From Aplysia californica (taxonomy: Eukaryota): 64,000 nt of DNA. The notes beneath the pieces are model-generated. The model had not been told where the DNA came from. It made no database searches and worked only from the letters and a program-made list of their open reading frames with translations. A program made the position numbers and the translations under genes. The stretch lies in contig NW_004798332.1 in assembly GCF_000002075.1 (NCBI RefSeq), positions 82,083-146,082 of the forward strand, in the 5' to 3' direction. Shown here one piece after another: positions 14,001 to 33,200 of this stretch (position 1 is its first letter; the number at the start of each line of letters is the position of its first letter).

Positions 14001-14397
14001 AATTTCAGCGTATTTGATTTAAATATATAGCTTTTTTTTTGTTAACACCCTTGATCAGAATTTTTCAAGGGGAAAACCACATGCCGTTAAACATAGAACG
14101 ACACATCTTCCTGATTGGCTGCTAATTTTAGTAATGTGATGTCATCACTTCCTTGGATACGCACAGACTATTTTAAGAAAGCCGTCAAGGTACCGCATTA
14201 ATGACATGTTTTCTCTATTTTCAGTATATAAATAATAACGTTTCGGAATTCCTAGTACTTGGACATGATGGAAGATCGCTTAGATCTAGATGGTTGATGC
14301 TCAGAACAGTAAAATTAAGAACGCTGATGCTTGAAATTGAAACACACAGTAAACGCAAAAACAATAAACCCCACGAAAACTGCTGTAAAGACGCCGG
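11049..14397. repeat. 3.35-kb direct duplication, copy 2
   Basis: Same ends as copy 1, offset about 4415; differs by scattered SNPs, small indels and (AGATCT)n length. Confidence 0.97.
12805..12881 (-). CDS. SPATA4: SPATA4 coding exon 1, second identical copy inside the duplicated segment
   Basis: Same 77-nt exon and donor as 8393-8469; may be an allelic copy from assembly. Confidence 0.6.
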
Positions 14398-14669
14398 CGA
14401 ATTACCCCCCACCCCCCTCCTTCATGCTTTATCACTAATAATATACATTAATTTTAAAAAACCTATACTACAAACCAACAAATTATAATTTTTGGGACAA
14501 ACTGTCGGTTAGCCGGGAGGAGAAGAGAAAAAAAAAAAGAAAAAAAAACCTTCCGAGACCGAGATTCGATCCCATGCTCATTAAATAATTGCATGACTTC
14601 AAACGCAGACACGCTGTCCATTCGGCCATCAGAACTCCAACAACGAGAGGTAGATTAAGCTTGTATATA

Positions 14670-15617
14670 CGAGGGGGTATCAATAAGTTTTTTACCTAAG
14701 TATGAAAGAGTGGAGCTACAAACTTGAAATTTGAACAGGCTCCATATACATCTAACTAAGAATGCACACCAATAATTGGGAATTTCCGATGGTTAGTTCA
14801 GGTTGTACAGCAGGTAGTTTAACATCACCCTTGAAAGCATGATTAGCACTTTTCAATTTTGTTCACAAGATGGGGAAAATTGAAATGAGAGCTGTGATAA
14901 AAAAGATAAAGTTCCTTCATCTCCAATGAAAAAAAACCATGGTCTGTTCACGATGAAATTTCAGTAGTGTATGGAGATATCTGCCCTCGCTATGGTGTGG
15001 TCAAATATTGGTACAAGCGATTCAAATGTGGTAACATGTCCATTGAAGACAACCCTCGAGAAGGTCGCCCTGTCTCAGCCGTGACTGAAGACAATGTTTC
15101 AACATTCAAGAAGATTGTGCTGAATGACAGGCACGTTACTCTCGGACTACTTTGTGCTGAAACTGACTTTAGCTATGGATCTGTTGAGACAATTTTTTAT
15201 GACCATTTGAGTATGTCGAAAGTGTCTGCAAGATGGGTGCCCCTCTCCTTACCCCTCATCAAAAGGGACAAAGAGCACAATACAGCCACAAATGATTGAT
15301 GAAGGTCCTGACAACTTTTTTGACCGTTTAGTAACTATGGATGAAAGCTGGGTCTATCACTTCGACCAAGAGTCAAAATCTGCTTCAATGCAATGGAAAA
15401 CACCATCTCTTCCACCCCCCAAAAAAGCCAAAGGGCAGAATTCATCTGGCAAAGTTGATCATTTTTTTCTGAAGGACTTTTCAAGGTCATTAATCACAGG
15501 AAAAAATGTGTTCTTGCTGCTGTTTACTACATGAGAAATAAGTGTCTACATACCAAATTTCAAGTTTGTAGCTCCACTCCTTCATACTCAGGTAAAAAAC
15601 TTTTTGATATCCCCTCG
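14670..15617 (+). mobile_element. Mariner (Tc1/mariner) transposon, internally deleted and frameshifted
   Basis: TA on both sides; 64-bp imperfect TIRs (CGAGGGG.TATCAA.AAG...CTTGAAATTTG). Transposase remnant has an HTH region (WYKRFKCG, REGRP), KVSARWVP and LVTMDESWVYHF; catalytic C-terminal part missing. Confidence 0.93.
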
Positions 15618-15907
15618 TACATAGACACTTCCATCTTTGGTGCCATGCGGTTGACTTTAGATGTAGGCTGCGGCTATTCGGACTCCAATTGGCGTGCGCA
15701 GTCTCTAGGAGGTGTACTGCATGTGAAACAGACAAACAATTCGACCTTGGCCTTCCTCGGTTTCTACAATCTGGCCAAGGAACTTACAACAAATGGACGC
15801 CGACGTAGTGACCCAGCGCAAACTGTGGTCTTTTCTTTACAAAGGATACTATAATAGTCGGGCTGGGTAGTGGGCAACGGTATGGGAAGGAATATAAAAA
15901 AGATTTA

Positions 15908-16696
15908 CTGTCAAACCTATGTAAGACGGCCACCCATTGTCAAGAAGAAAAGTGGCCGTCTTAGGAAGGACTGATCAAGATGAAGAAAAGAAACCATTCC
16001 CATCTGAAGTCCCAATCGAAAGTAGCCGCATTGTTGTTGTTGGTGTGTTAGTTTGTATTTTGTTTGTTATTTTTTTATTTTGTTTCTGATTTTATGCAAG
16101 GGTGACAATAAAACAAAATGTATCAGACGAGGAAGACCGAGTGCCATGTTAAAACAAGGGTCCCTTAAAACAAACACATGGGTCGCCACCACTCGGAGAA
16201 CGAGCGACACTTCTGTTGCAAGTTCATGTTGACGTCCATTGTTACTTTGTTACAGACTGGGTAAACAGTGACCGCTCATCTCTCACTTACGATTTGTGTA
16301 TGAGTTCTGGGAGGGGCTTATGGGTTATGAGGGGTCACACGCCTACCTCACCAGCAGCTGAAAATTGGTACCTCTTGGTCAACAGTGGGAGGGGCCTACG
16401 CAACATGGTCTGTTGGAGGGACTACCAGAACAAGGACAAGTGGTTGGATTATGACGACTCTCCCACAACGCCAGGGGCCAATGCAAAATTTATAACAAAA
16501 CGTAATGGAGTCACTAAGGTGGCCGTCTAAGACAGGTGCTATTGCTTAGTGTGATAGGGTTGTGTGCTAAAATGTGGTGGCCACGGCCGCGTTGGACAGG
16601 TGCCCGTTTTACACAGTTAAATTGTATAGAAAAAACGCAAGGGGGGAATGGAAAGTGGCCGTCTTATAGAGGTGGCCGTCAGGGCAGGTTCGACTG
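15908..16696. mobile_element. Pogo/Tigger-type MITE
   Basis: TA flanks; ends CTGTCAAACCT..GACGGCCACC and GGTGGCCGTC..AGGTTCGACTG; repeated subterminal GTGGCCGTCT motifs. Confidence 0.75.
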
Positions 16697-17324
16697 TATA
16701 TGCAAAAAAAAAGGGATGGCGGTGGTAGGGCGGGCCTGGAGAAGTAAGATGGAGAGAGGAAAAGTGTGAGAGAAAGGGGAGGGGGGGGGGGCTGTCTTAT
16801 TAGGACTGATTATGAATTTTATGTTTTGATCCCATTGTAGTAGCGTAACGCAGTGTGACTAACAGTAGTTTAACCGAATAGCAACGGGAGACTATTCGAA
16901 CTTGAGTCTAGACCTGGCCAGAGACAAAAAAGTGCGGTACAACCGGTGATTGCGTGTGCGCGCTGGAATTTGAGTCTGAATAGCCTCCAGTGGCTGTTCA
17001 GACTCAAGTCTGAATAGCCACTTCGTTAGATGTAGTCACGTGATTGGAGGGGTATCCTGGTCTGATGTCAAACAAGATGACGCCCAATTTAGATTGGGAA
17101 TTATTTTCAGTATTTTTTTTTTGACAGTGCAAATGCTACTGTTTCTTTCTTGTAAATTTAGATTATATATTTTTTCTTGAAATTTGTTAGAAATATCAGA
17201 TTTCTGTTTATTACAAGACTTAAATAGCAAAGATCAATTTTATTTTTTAAGAATTAATCTTTTTAACATTCTACTTTCAGGTCCTCATGCCTTACATGTG
17301 AAGAGGACTTCTCATTTCATCAAG

Positions 17325-23899
<6,575 letters not shown>

Positions 23900-25305
23900 C
23901 AGCAGAGATCATAGGGGTATTCTCGTGGTTGTAGCATCTGAAAACTTTTTTGTATATATAACCCAGTTTCTTCATTACAATGCTTGGAAGTTTCTTGAAT
24001 TCAGAGACAGGGAATGGTCAAGATTTTCTTCTTTGTATTATAGTTGCTCATGTGACTTGCCCTTCTTGAGGAAGAATGAAAGATGCAGCTAAGGCTGTAG
24101 AAGTTTGGATTGACCTCAGTAAGGTATTGGACAATATTTAACAAGAGGGTCTTGTTTGATGCACATACTGTTTCAATGAATCAGAGAGAATCATTTAATA
24201 TGCAGTTAACATACTCTATGTTTACAGGGATTTCACTGCCACTTTTCTGAAAATTATACACAAGTGTTAACAATTTTCTGTTTCTTTAATAATGGCAGTT
24301 CTTGCCCCTCATTTGTATGTGATGTCTACTTTTCTTTTTGGCTGTTAGTCAAAATTTTTAATAATTTTTTTCCATTATATTGGCAACTGTATAGTTTTCA
24401 GTAAGTTTGTTCTCAAATCAGGCAATTGTAACTTTGAGCTAGCAGCAATAACGTGAAACTATTCTAGTCAGACTCTTTGTCAGGATGTGACACCTGCTAG
24501 TCTGAATTTTTTTAGTCTTTATAATAACAATTTTTTAAATATTCATATGGAACAGCTGACATTCTGTTGTTTAGTATGAGGGATTTACTCTTACTTGTGG
24601 ATCAAAATAGAACTAAACTTACGTGGGTGGATGTTTTGTCATAGTATGTTTCTTCTGTGTAGTTTTGAACAACTTCTGAATTGTGTAGCCAGAATAATAC
24701 TCTGTATTCTAAGTGTGATAAAGCTGAAAATCTCGTGACTCTTGTTTTTGTACAGTTTTCATGATAGTTAATTGTTATTATTAATTTTTGTTTATGGTGA
24801 AGGAAGAAGAATCTTAAAAGTTAAATGGTGATGGCTGAATGGGAGACAATGTGTTTTGTATGATCTATTGTCTAGTGATAATGATCAGGATAATGTAAAT
24901 AATCACAAAATAGAATGCAATGAATGAATGTGTGTGTGTGGGGGCATGGATGTACAATGTGTCACTAATATGGGTCCCTCTTTACTCTATGTATGGTGCC
25001 TTTCTTTGTTTGGTTGTAAACCTATTTCAAAACATGCGGATTTGTGGATATATGAAAATGCCTAGAATTTTCAGCACTTTAGATCATTGTGTTCTAAGTG
25101 GATGGTTTGTGGATGGTCTGGTATAGTGTTCTTCTACTTCTGATTTTTTATCAGCATTGCTATTACCCGACACTAATTTGTTCGGGCAGAATATGGCAAA
25201 TATTGTACTGATTCATTATTAAAAACAAATTATCAGAAATTACGATGTTCCCAATTAAATATTGTAATGGTTGTAATAATAATACTAGGCTTTGTAAATA
25301 AAGTA

Positions 25306-25476
25306 CAGTGGAGTTCGCTTAATAAACTCAAATCTGCGGGACTGTTAATTTTTTTTTTTTGGTGTTGACATGTTTTCATTTTTGGTGTTGACAGGTTTTC
25401 ATTTTTGAGAGGTTGCTCAAATAGAAGGGAAAAAAATGGGAATTTTATTTTCATTCCATTTAAGCAGATTCCAGTG
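25306..25476. mobile_element. Short MITE family B; also 48196-48347 and 51500-51638
   Basis: TA-CAG(T/C)GGAGTCCACTTAA...TTAAGTGGACTCCAC.G-TA (cleanest at 51500-51638); shared internal GTTGCTCAAATA. Confidence 0.7.
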
Positions 25477-26538
25477 GATAACTATTTCTTGCATTTTGAT
25501 AGATGGCATTATGCTTTTTGACTGATATTGTTGAATGCTTTAATTTCCATTAACATATTTTGATGAGGGGGGAGGGGGGGTGTTCTGCATCATATATTGA
25601 ACTTTCTTCCATTACTGTATACATTATGATTGTTATAAAGAGTGTAAACCTGAAATCAGTGATATGTTGTGCCCAGCCATGATAAAGGACAAAGTAAAGA
25701 AAAGCAAAATCATTTGTGGTTGTTTTGTGTTTTCATTATTAAGACCAAAAATTTCACTTACTTTGCCCTTGAAACTGACAGTTTGATGGTGTGGAGGGGC
25801 AGTTATTTATTAAAGTTCTAGAAAAATGCACAGAGAGATATGATGTCAGGGTCTAGAGATGTTTTTAATTAAAGCATCTATGATCCAAAGGACTGTCTGA
25901 GCATAAGCTATTTAAAGACTAGATCTAAGTGGAGTCAAGATTATCATCTCTTTACTATGATAATGAGAACGCTCATCGAACATTGTTAATAGCGTTGCCA
26001 TTGCAAAAGTAGAGCACTAGACAGAATTAGCAGAATTAGGTAGGACACAGCTAGTGCCACTGAGCCCACTGTTTCTACTGTGGCTGAGCCAAACGCGCTG
26101 TGGTTGAACCACCAATGAGTGAAGAGAAGAAAGGGTGAGGGTATAGACTTATACGAGCTGGATTTATGGCCTAGGCAGAGGATGTTAAAAATGTTTATGT
26201 TGTGGCTCTTTGCATTGTTTTGGTCAGTGTTTTTATTGTAACCTTTGCTGTTGCTATGGTTTCTAACAAAATTGCCATGGCAAAAGTAGTTAATAAAAAA
26301 AAGTACATCCCTGTTTCACCAGAAAATTAAATAAGGACAAGAGTTGTTTAAGTCCAACCATATATTGGCAGGAGAGGTGAGTAGCAAATCCGCTCCTTTA
26401 TATTGGAAAAATACTCATGGTTTTACTGGTTTTAACAATTTAATTGCACTCATACATAACATGTAATATTTTCACCTGGATTCTTTAGTCTGAAAGGCCA
26501 GGGCCAAGAGTCTAATCATTACACCATTGTCCATACTA

Positions 26539-27542
26539 CAGTAGTCTCCGCCTAAACGCACGGTGCTCGGGAGGGCTCCTCAGCATGTGTTTATACGGAG
26601 CGTGCGTTTACATGAACCTTAGCAAGGGGAGGAAGTGGAAGGGACGCAGTCATTTCAATTCCTTATTACTCTAGTGATCTCCCTTGGAGGATGGAGTCAT
26701 TTTGGCAGATAATGTGACGACACGTGACTGTTTTGTGAAGGATTCCCCGATAGGGGGTATGAATACAAAGTAAAGGCGTAGATATGCACTATAATTTATA
26801 AACGTCGGGAACAGATAGCCTAAGAGTAAACTGTTGGTCATATAGTCATAGAGACGACGGACCGGCCACGTGGCTTTCCAAGCGACCACCCCGACCGCAA
26901 ATTCATGCAGAATCATTCTCGAGAAACATTTTCTCATTGAACAAGTACGTTATAAGTTATTCGAGCGCAGCAGATTAGGCTTACTTGGCTAATCTTTAAT
27001 CCTATAATAGAGGACTGTCTATCTAGTGTTTTACGCTTGTCGCGCATCAGACCTAGATCTAACTAAACATTACTCGTAGTCACTCAAACTCAAAACACCA
27101 ATGACTCAGAAACCTTCTCTCAAAGATACATTTCCAGTGACCAATCAAAAAGCGTCCCCCCAACCCCCCCCCCCCCCCCAAACATTTAACCGACCAGCCC
27201 TAGACCGAGACCTAGGCCTATGCGTCAGTGGAAAGTAGGGTGTGAAAACGCTGTCCATCACTCTCTTTGCACGGCGTGAGGGGCACTCTCACCAATTATC
27301 CGGTTTTCTTGTAAATTCTAGGCTTATCTTATGCAGGCTGTGCAGGTTGTGAAAATTTCCCCTTGCCAAGCTTAACTTATCGGCGTGTTTTGCGGATCGG
27401 AGCGTGCGTTTAGAGGGAGTGACCGTGCGTTTGTACGTCTAAATTTTATAGTACATGTAAAAAAAAACCCCGTCAGATGACGAAAGCGTGTGTTTGAGCG
27501 GAGCGTGCTTTTGTATGGCGTGCGTTTAGGCGGAGACTACTG
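26539..27542. mobile_element. 1-kb pogo/Tigger-type MITE, apparently young
   Basis: TA flanks; perfect 24-bp TIR CAGTAGTCTCCGCCTAAACGCACG; subterminal GAGCGTGCGTTTA repeats. Confidence 0.9.
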
Positions 27543-28079
27543 TATACATACTAGATCTAGTAGTCAGACAGAATTGACAAGAGAAAGATGTTTTAAAATT
27601 GTGACAAACAAAAATAACAATTTGTGGGGGGGTTGGCTTGGCTAGAGTCTAGTCTCCCGTGGCCCAGAAGTTAAGGGGCTCGCCTCTCTTTCAAAGGTCT
27701 CGGGCGAGCCCGGATAGCGACGAATTTTTTTCTTCTCTAAATTGTCTCCTTTCACCTCCTTTCCTGCCCTCTAACAATGTTCTGTTGTCTGCTTTCATCT
27801 CCATTTTCTGCCCCACCCCCTCACCTCCTTTGCCCCCTCCTCTGGGCCCCTGACTCTTTCTGCAGCCTTTCTACTGATTCTCCTTGGTTCCTTCTTACTG
27901 CTGTCTTTCAGCCACTCCCCTGATCTTCTGGTAGGAAAGATCTACACCTAGTCTTCTCGGACAATGGCGAAAAATCTCGGAGGTCCCGTGTGCAAGTTGC
28001 GCACCAAGGAACTTTGGATTAAAAAAGAAGGAATTGGGCTGTTTCTACCTGGACCTTCTAAAAAAAACCCACCGGGCCC

Positions 28080-30010
28080 TAATAGAGGCTTGTAAGTTTG
28101 CTTGTACAATCGTAGACCCAGATTGCAAAACAAAGATATTTGTAGACTTAAATAGGGATACACAAAAATGAATAGATCGTGTCCAACATGGCACCGTGAG
28201 TCGTGAGTGTAATGACCGACATAACAGCGCCGAAAAAAAAAATTGAGAAAGGAACTGGATGGAAAAAGGCTGTTTAAATTATTCTAAAATTACAAAAGGG
28301 CCAAAAAATTAAAAAGAGTCTTTTCATTTCAAAATGTTGGTTAAATTACAGGCCCTAGGTATTATTTGTTGGTTGTTACAAATAGACATAAACAAAAATG
28401 AATAGATTGTGTTCGTAGAAACTACTGAGAGTGTAACAACCGACATAACAACCAAATGAAGAAATTTATATGAGCAAAAATAAGGTTGTTTCAAGCTTCT
28501 AAGATCACATAATATACTGGCTTGGCTAAAGTCTAAATTATATAATCAGTGCAAAGTTGCATGTATAGGTTGGAAAACAATCGAATTATTTAATTGTTGC
28601 TTGCTGCAAGTAGACATACACAAACATTTGAAAAAGAATATGTACATTGTGTACAACATTAAACTTTTGATTTCGCAAAATGCTTAGGTTATAAAAATAT
28701 TATGATCCGTACTGTTACAATTAAATATACAGTAAAATAAATGGAGTATATCCAGCACTGAGAGCGTAACACCCAGTATAGCAATAACTTATCAAAGAAA
28801 TTTGGACGACAGATATAATGGAAAGCATATTAGATCACAATATAATCAGATTTGGATATATTTTAATATCTGAATATATTTTGCTTGTAAAATTGCACAC
28901 AAAGGTTTTTAAAAACATTATAATTATAGTCTGTCGATGCAACTATATATTATTTTCAAAACTTTAGACTATTATACCCGACATAAAAATAACTAACTAA
29001 AAGAATTTTGGATGATAAAAATGTGAAGATTTTTTGCTAGGTTTTAATTGTTAGTATAGTCTAATAAATAGAGCCTACAACGTTGCTTGTAAAATTGCAG
29101 GCAAAGATTGCAGCTAGATGATTTGTTGGACAATACAACTAAAATACACAAAAACAATTATTAAACGGAGTTAAACTCTGAAAGTGTAACAATCAACACA
29201 ATAACTAACCTAAGAAATCTTGGTTACAAAAATGGGAAGATGTTTCCAGCAACTGAGATCAAAACAAGGCAAGATGTTAGAGATTTTAAAAAAAAATGTT
29301 GAATTTAAAATTGCAGAAAAAATGGTCTGTCGGTCGTTAAACAATTACATGTATAGATCTAGATAAGGGGCCTACCAAAAAAAATAAATTTAAAAAAATG
29401 ATTGGATTATACCCAACTCTGAAACAGTACCAACGAGCATAATAATAACTTTAAATATTTGGATGACAAAAATGGGAAGATATTTCCAGCATCTCAGATC
29501 ACAACTAGGCATGGTTAGAGTCAAATATGCACCAGTACAAAATTACTTGTTAAATTGCAGACTAAAGTTGTAAACAAAATTATCTGTCTGTCGTTAGTCG
29601 TTACAACTTGATATGGACAGAAAAAAGGATCGAACTCTAAGAGTGTAAAACAAATCTAATAACCAACTCAGGAAATTTTGACTAAAAAATATATGTGATA
29701 ATACCCATGTAACATGTTTCCAGCATTTCCGATCACAGGCAGGGATAGGGTCTTAATATGAAAAAAATATGCAAGGAAAATTGCAGACAAAGATGATAAT
29801 ATAATGATCCGTTGGTCGTTACAATTAGATATAAGCAATTAGATTATATAGGCCCATCAAAAGCTGAAAGCGTAACAACCAACATAATAACTATAGGCCT
29901 ATAACGAAATCTGATGTTTCTTGCACTACATGGCAGATCGCAACAATCCTTGGATATTATGATGTAACATACATCGTGTACAAACTTGCTTGTAAAATTG
30001 TAGCAAAAGT
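28080..30010. repeat. Diverged tandem array, about 8-9 units of ~200-240 bp
   Basis: Recurring blocks CTGARAGTGTAACAACCRACATAAYAAC, TTTCCAGCA..GATCACA and GCTTGTAAAATTGCAG at regular spacing. Confidence 0.85.
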
Positions 30011-30221
30011 TCAGACTAGCTCTCATATCTTCTTAACACTCTGTTTAAAAAAACCGATAATGTTGTAATCCTATAACTATAACAGATGGGAAAACTCTAT
30101 TAACGCCACAGAAATCATGAAAAACGTATGATAAATTTAAACTCGATTCAAAACCTTCATTGACGAAGTCAATGTAGTACGACTACTACAAGGGCCGACA
30201 ATCCGACCGACATTCGACATA

Positions 30222-30240
30222 ATGGCGACCTTCTGCAGGA
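30222..30240 (+). CDS. MRPL22: MRPL22 coding exon 1
   Basis: cataATGGCGACCTTCTGCAGGA|gtaagt (MATFCR); YY1-like AATGGCG context; phase 1 fits the 35031 exon. Confidence 0.7.
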
Positions 30241-33200
30241 GTAAGTTCAACCCCCCACATTTGTTTTTTGCTTGGCATATTCGCTGATCGAAATTTGATG
30301 AAAGTTTTGTTTTTATAGGCAATGATTTAGATATCTAGTCTTGAAATAAGACTCCATAACACTCTGTGAACATTACGAGTCACTGAGATACATGACATGA
30401 CCAGTTAAAGTTGCTTGGCTTGGCTTGTTGACTAACTTTACTGTCTAAAAAAACTAAAACGAAAGTCGAAGACCGAGGCAATTTTAATTTTACATGTTTT
30501 TAACAAGGCAAGGGGGCTGACCNNNNNNNNNNNNNNNNNNNNNNNNNNNNNNNNNNNNNNNNNNNNNNNNNNNNNNNNNNNNNNNNNNNNNNNNNNNNNN
30601 NNNNNNNNNNNNNNNNNNNNNNNNNNNNNNNNNNNNNNNNNNNNNNNNNNNNNNNNNNNNNNNNNNNNNNNNNNNNNNNNNNNNNNNNNNNNNNNNNNNN
30701 NNNNNNNNNNNNNNNNNNNNNNNNNNNNNNNNNNNNNNNNNNNNNNNNNNNNNNNNNNNNNNNNNNNNNNNNNNNNNNNNNNNNNNNNNNNNNNNNNNNN
30801 NNNNNNNNNNNNNNNNNNNNNNNNNNNNNNNNNNNNNNNNNNNNNNNNNNNNNNNNNNNNNNNNNNNNNNNNNNNNNNNNNNNNNNNNNNNNNNNNNNNN
30901 NNNNNNNNNNNNNNNNNNNNNNNNNNNNNNNNNNNNNNNNNNNNNNNNNNNNNNNNNNNNNNNNNNNNNNNNNNNNNNNNNNNNNNNNNNNNNNNNNNNN
31001 NNNNNNNNNNNNNNNNNNNNNNNNNNNNNNNNNNNNNNNNNNNNNNNNNNNNNNNNNNNNNNNNNNNNNNNNNNNNNNNNNNNNNNNNNNNNNNNNNNNN
31101 NNNNNNNNNNNNNNNNNNNNNNNNNNNNNNNNNNNNNNNNNNNNNNNNNNNNNNNNNNNNNNNNNNNNNNNNNNNNNNNNNNNNNNNNNNNNNNNNNNNN
31201 NNNNNNNNNNNNNNNNNNNNNNNNNNNNNNNNNNNNNNNNNNNNNNNNNNNNNNNNNNNNNNNNNNNNNNNNNNNNNNNNNNNNNNNNNNNNNNNNNNNN
31301 TTCTCTCTCTCTCCCTCTCTCTCTCTCTATCTCTCTTTCACACATGATGCAAACACACACTCACACACACACTCACACAGCGTACAGACAAAATTGCACG
31401 CTTTCAACTCGAGAGCGCTGTTGTTTACACTCGTATATTATTATCACGGGCCGTCATGCGCTAACACAAGGTGGCGCCCAAGTCTCGCCTGGACGCAAGA
31501 TAGGGCTGTTGAAACATCTTGGTAGGCATATACATTCCTAATGCATTGTTGCATAATTGAGAGTTCGTCGTTTTCCCCTACCCTAGCGAGCTCTGAGCCA
31601 GAGCTCAGTGTAAGGGAAAATGACGAATGGTCGATCGGTCAAGGATCACTGCTTCGCTTTCCTTAATTTCATGGGATGGAACGCTTGAAACAGGCCAAAA
31701 TATTAAATATACATTACTGTTGTCACTGACTTTAACTGGCTTAATAAACTCAAACCGACAGTGGACACTCCGTCTACACGAAGCTTGAGTGCCGTAAACT
31801 TAGCCTCAACAGCACCTGCAAACTGCATTCCAGAGTGTTGCGAACGTAGCCTGCCAACTACGTTCAAGGCGCCGTGAACGTAGCCACTGCGAGAAAAAAA
31901 AAACATGGGGGGTTTCAAAGGGGCATGATTTTAATGTTTTGCAATTAGGTTGGATGGGCTATTATGCTATATCTCCATATCAAAAAGTAATCGTTTAGAA
32001 CCAGAAGTAATCGTCGGTGGGGTCAAAACTAGATCTAGATCTAGGTCTAAATCTAGTATCCCCAAACTTGACCGCAATTGTGCCAAGTCGAAGGCTACAA
32101 ATACAAGTCAAGTTAGAATCTAGATCTAGATATCTAGATTAGTAACTGCTGCAGAAATATAATGATAATAATATGTAAAACTACAATCCTGTGCATGAGA
32201 AGTGAGTGAAAGTAAAATAATAGATCTACTGTCTTTTTGACAGTTCGGAGTGGTTATGATGATTATCATCGCATAATTGTGCGAACAACTCTGTCTGTCT
32301 GGTTATCCGTACAATATTGTATTCACAATTGCTGCTCAATTCTTGTAGAAATAATTGCTACAGTTTTCCGTACAATAGTACATATGCCCACAGGCCTACG
32401 TGTTCTATCTTAGTAGATCAGTGCTTCCAATATTTTTATTTTCGCCAGACTTCATCTGCCGATCTAATGCCCGCCGCCTCTTTGCGTTGCCTTTCGTGAA
32501 ACCATGTTGTAAAGATATTTAAGCTTAATCTGCCTTATTCTTATTGAAAGGTCTGATGGCTGAAATGACAGCAGGTCTGCGTTAGAAGAAGTACAAATTA
32601 TTTTACGGAGTGTCTACGTACATGATGGTAACTGGGCGCATAAGTCTCAGAGTCTATGTACACAGTAACTGGAAGGTCCACCCTGGTTATACACACAAAT
32701 ATCATGTTGTGCAATTCGCTGTGTTATATGTGCACTGTGCGAACTCCGACATTCTCCAATGTGTGCCTTGTGTGAGGCCACGTTGTTTGACTTCGACCAT
32801 TTCAGCTGCCTTTTTTTTCTCTATCCGAAGTTCATAGTCAGACACCTAGTGTAGATCTAGATGCACGACTACTCCATCTGACCTCTGCAGTGGGACTTTA
32901 CCGGAATCCCCTTTTTTTCAATGTAAACTTTACTTATTATTGGGTTTAGCAGGTCATGGAAAGTCCCGAACTTGGATACAGCGGGAGAGATCGAGCGAGC
33001 TGTATCTGGAGGAAGGGGGTTGGGCGATGGGGAACTGTAGGTCGGCTCCAAACAGGCAGTCAGCAGTGTGGCATTGTGATTGGCCAGTCCAGTGATGAGT
33101 GAGGGGGGGTGGGGGCTAGCTCAACGGGCCCCCGAAACTAAGTACCCAGTTACTTTGTTTGTAGATAATTAGACTACATGCCCGGTTACCATGTACGAAG

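Noticed and set aside
14549-14637. tRNA-like sequence on minus with A/B boxes followed by poly-T
   Set aside because: No clean anticodon or T stems; better explained as a SINE/TE head (tRNAscan-SE would settle it)
27640-27730. GGGCTCGCC...GGCGAGCCC hairpin before a T-run, considered as an HDV-like ribozyme or Pol III RNA
   Set aside because: Could not build consistent P1/P2 pairings; more likely a repeat terminus
28080-30010. CRISPR-like reading of the periodic array
   Set aside because: Whole units are homologous, with no identical short repeats and unique spacers; no cas genes; eukaryotic context
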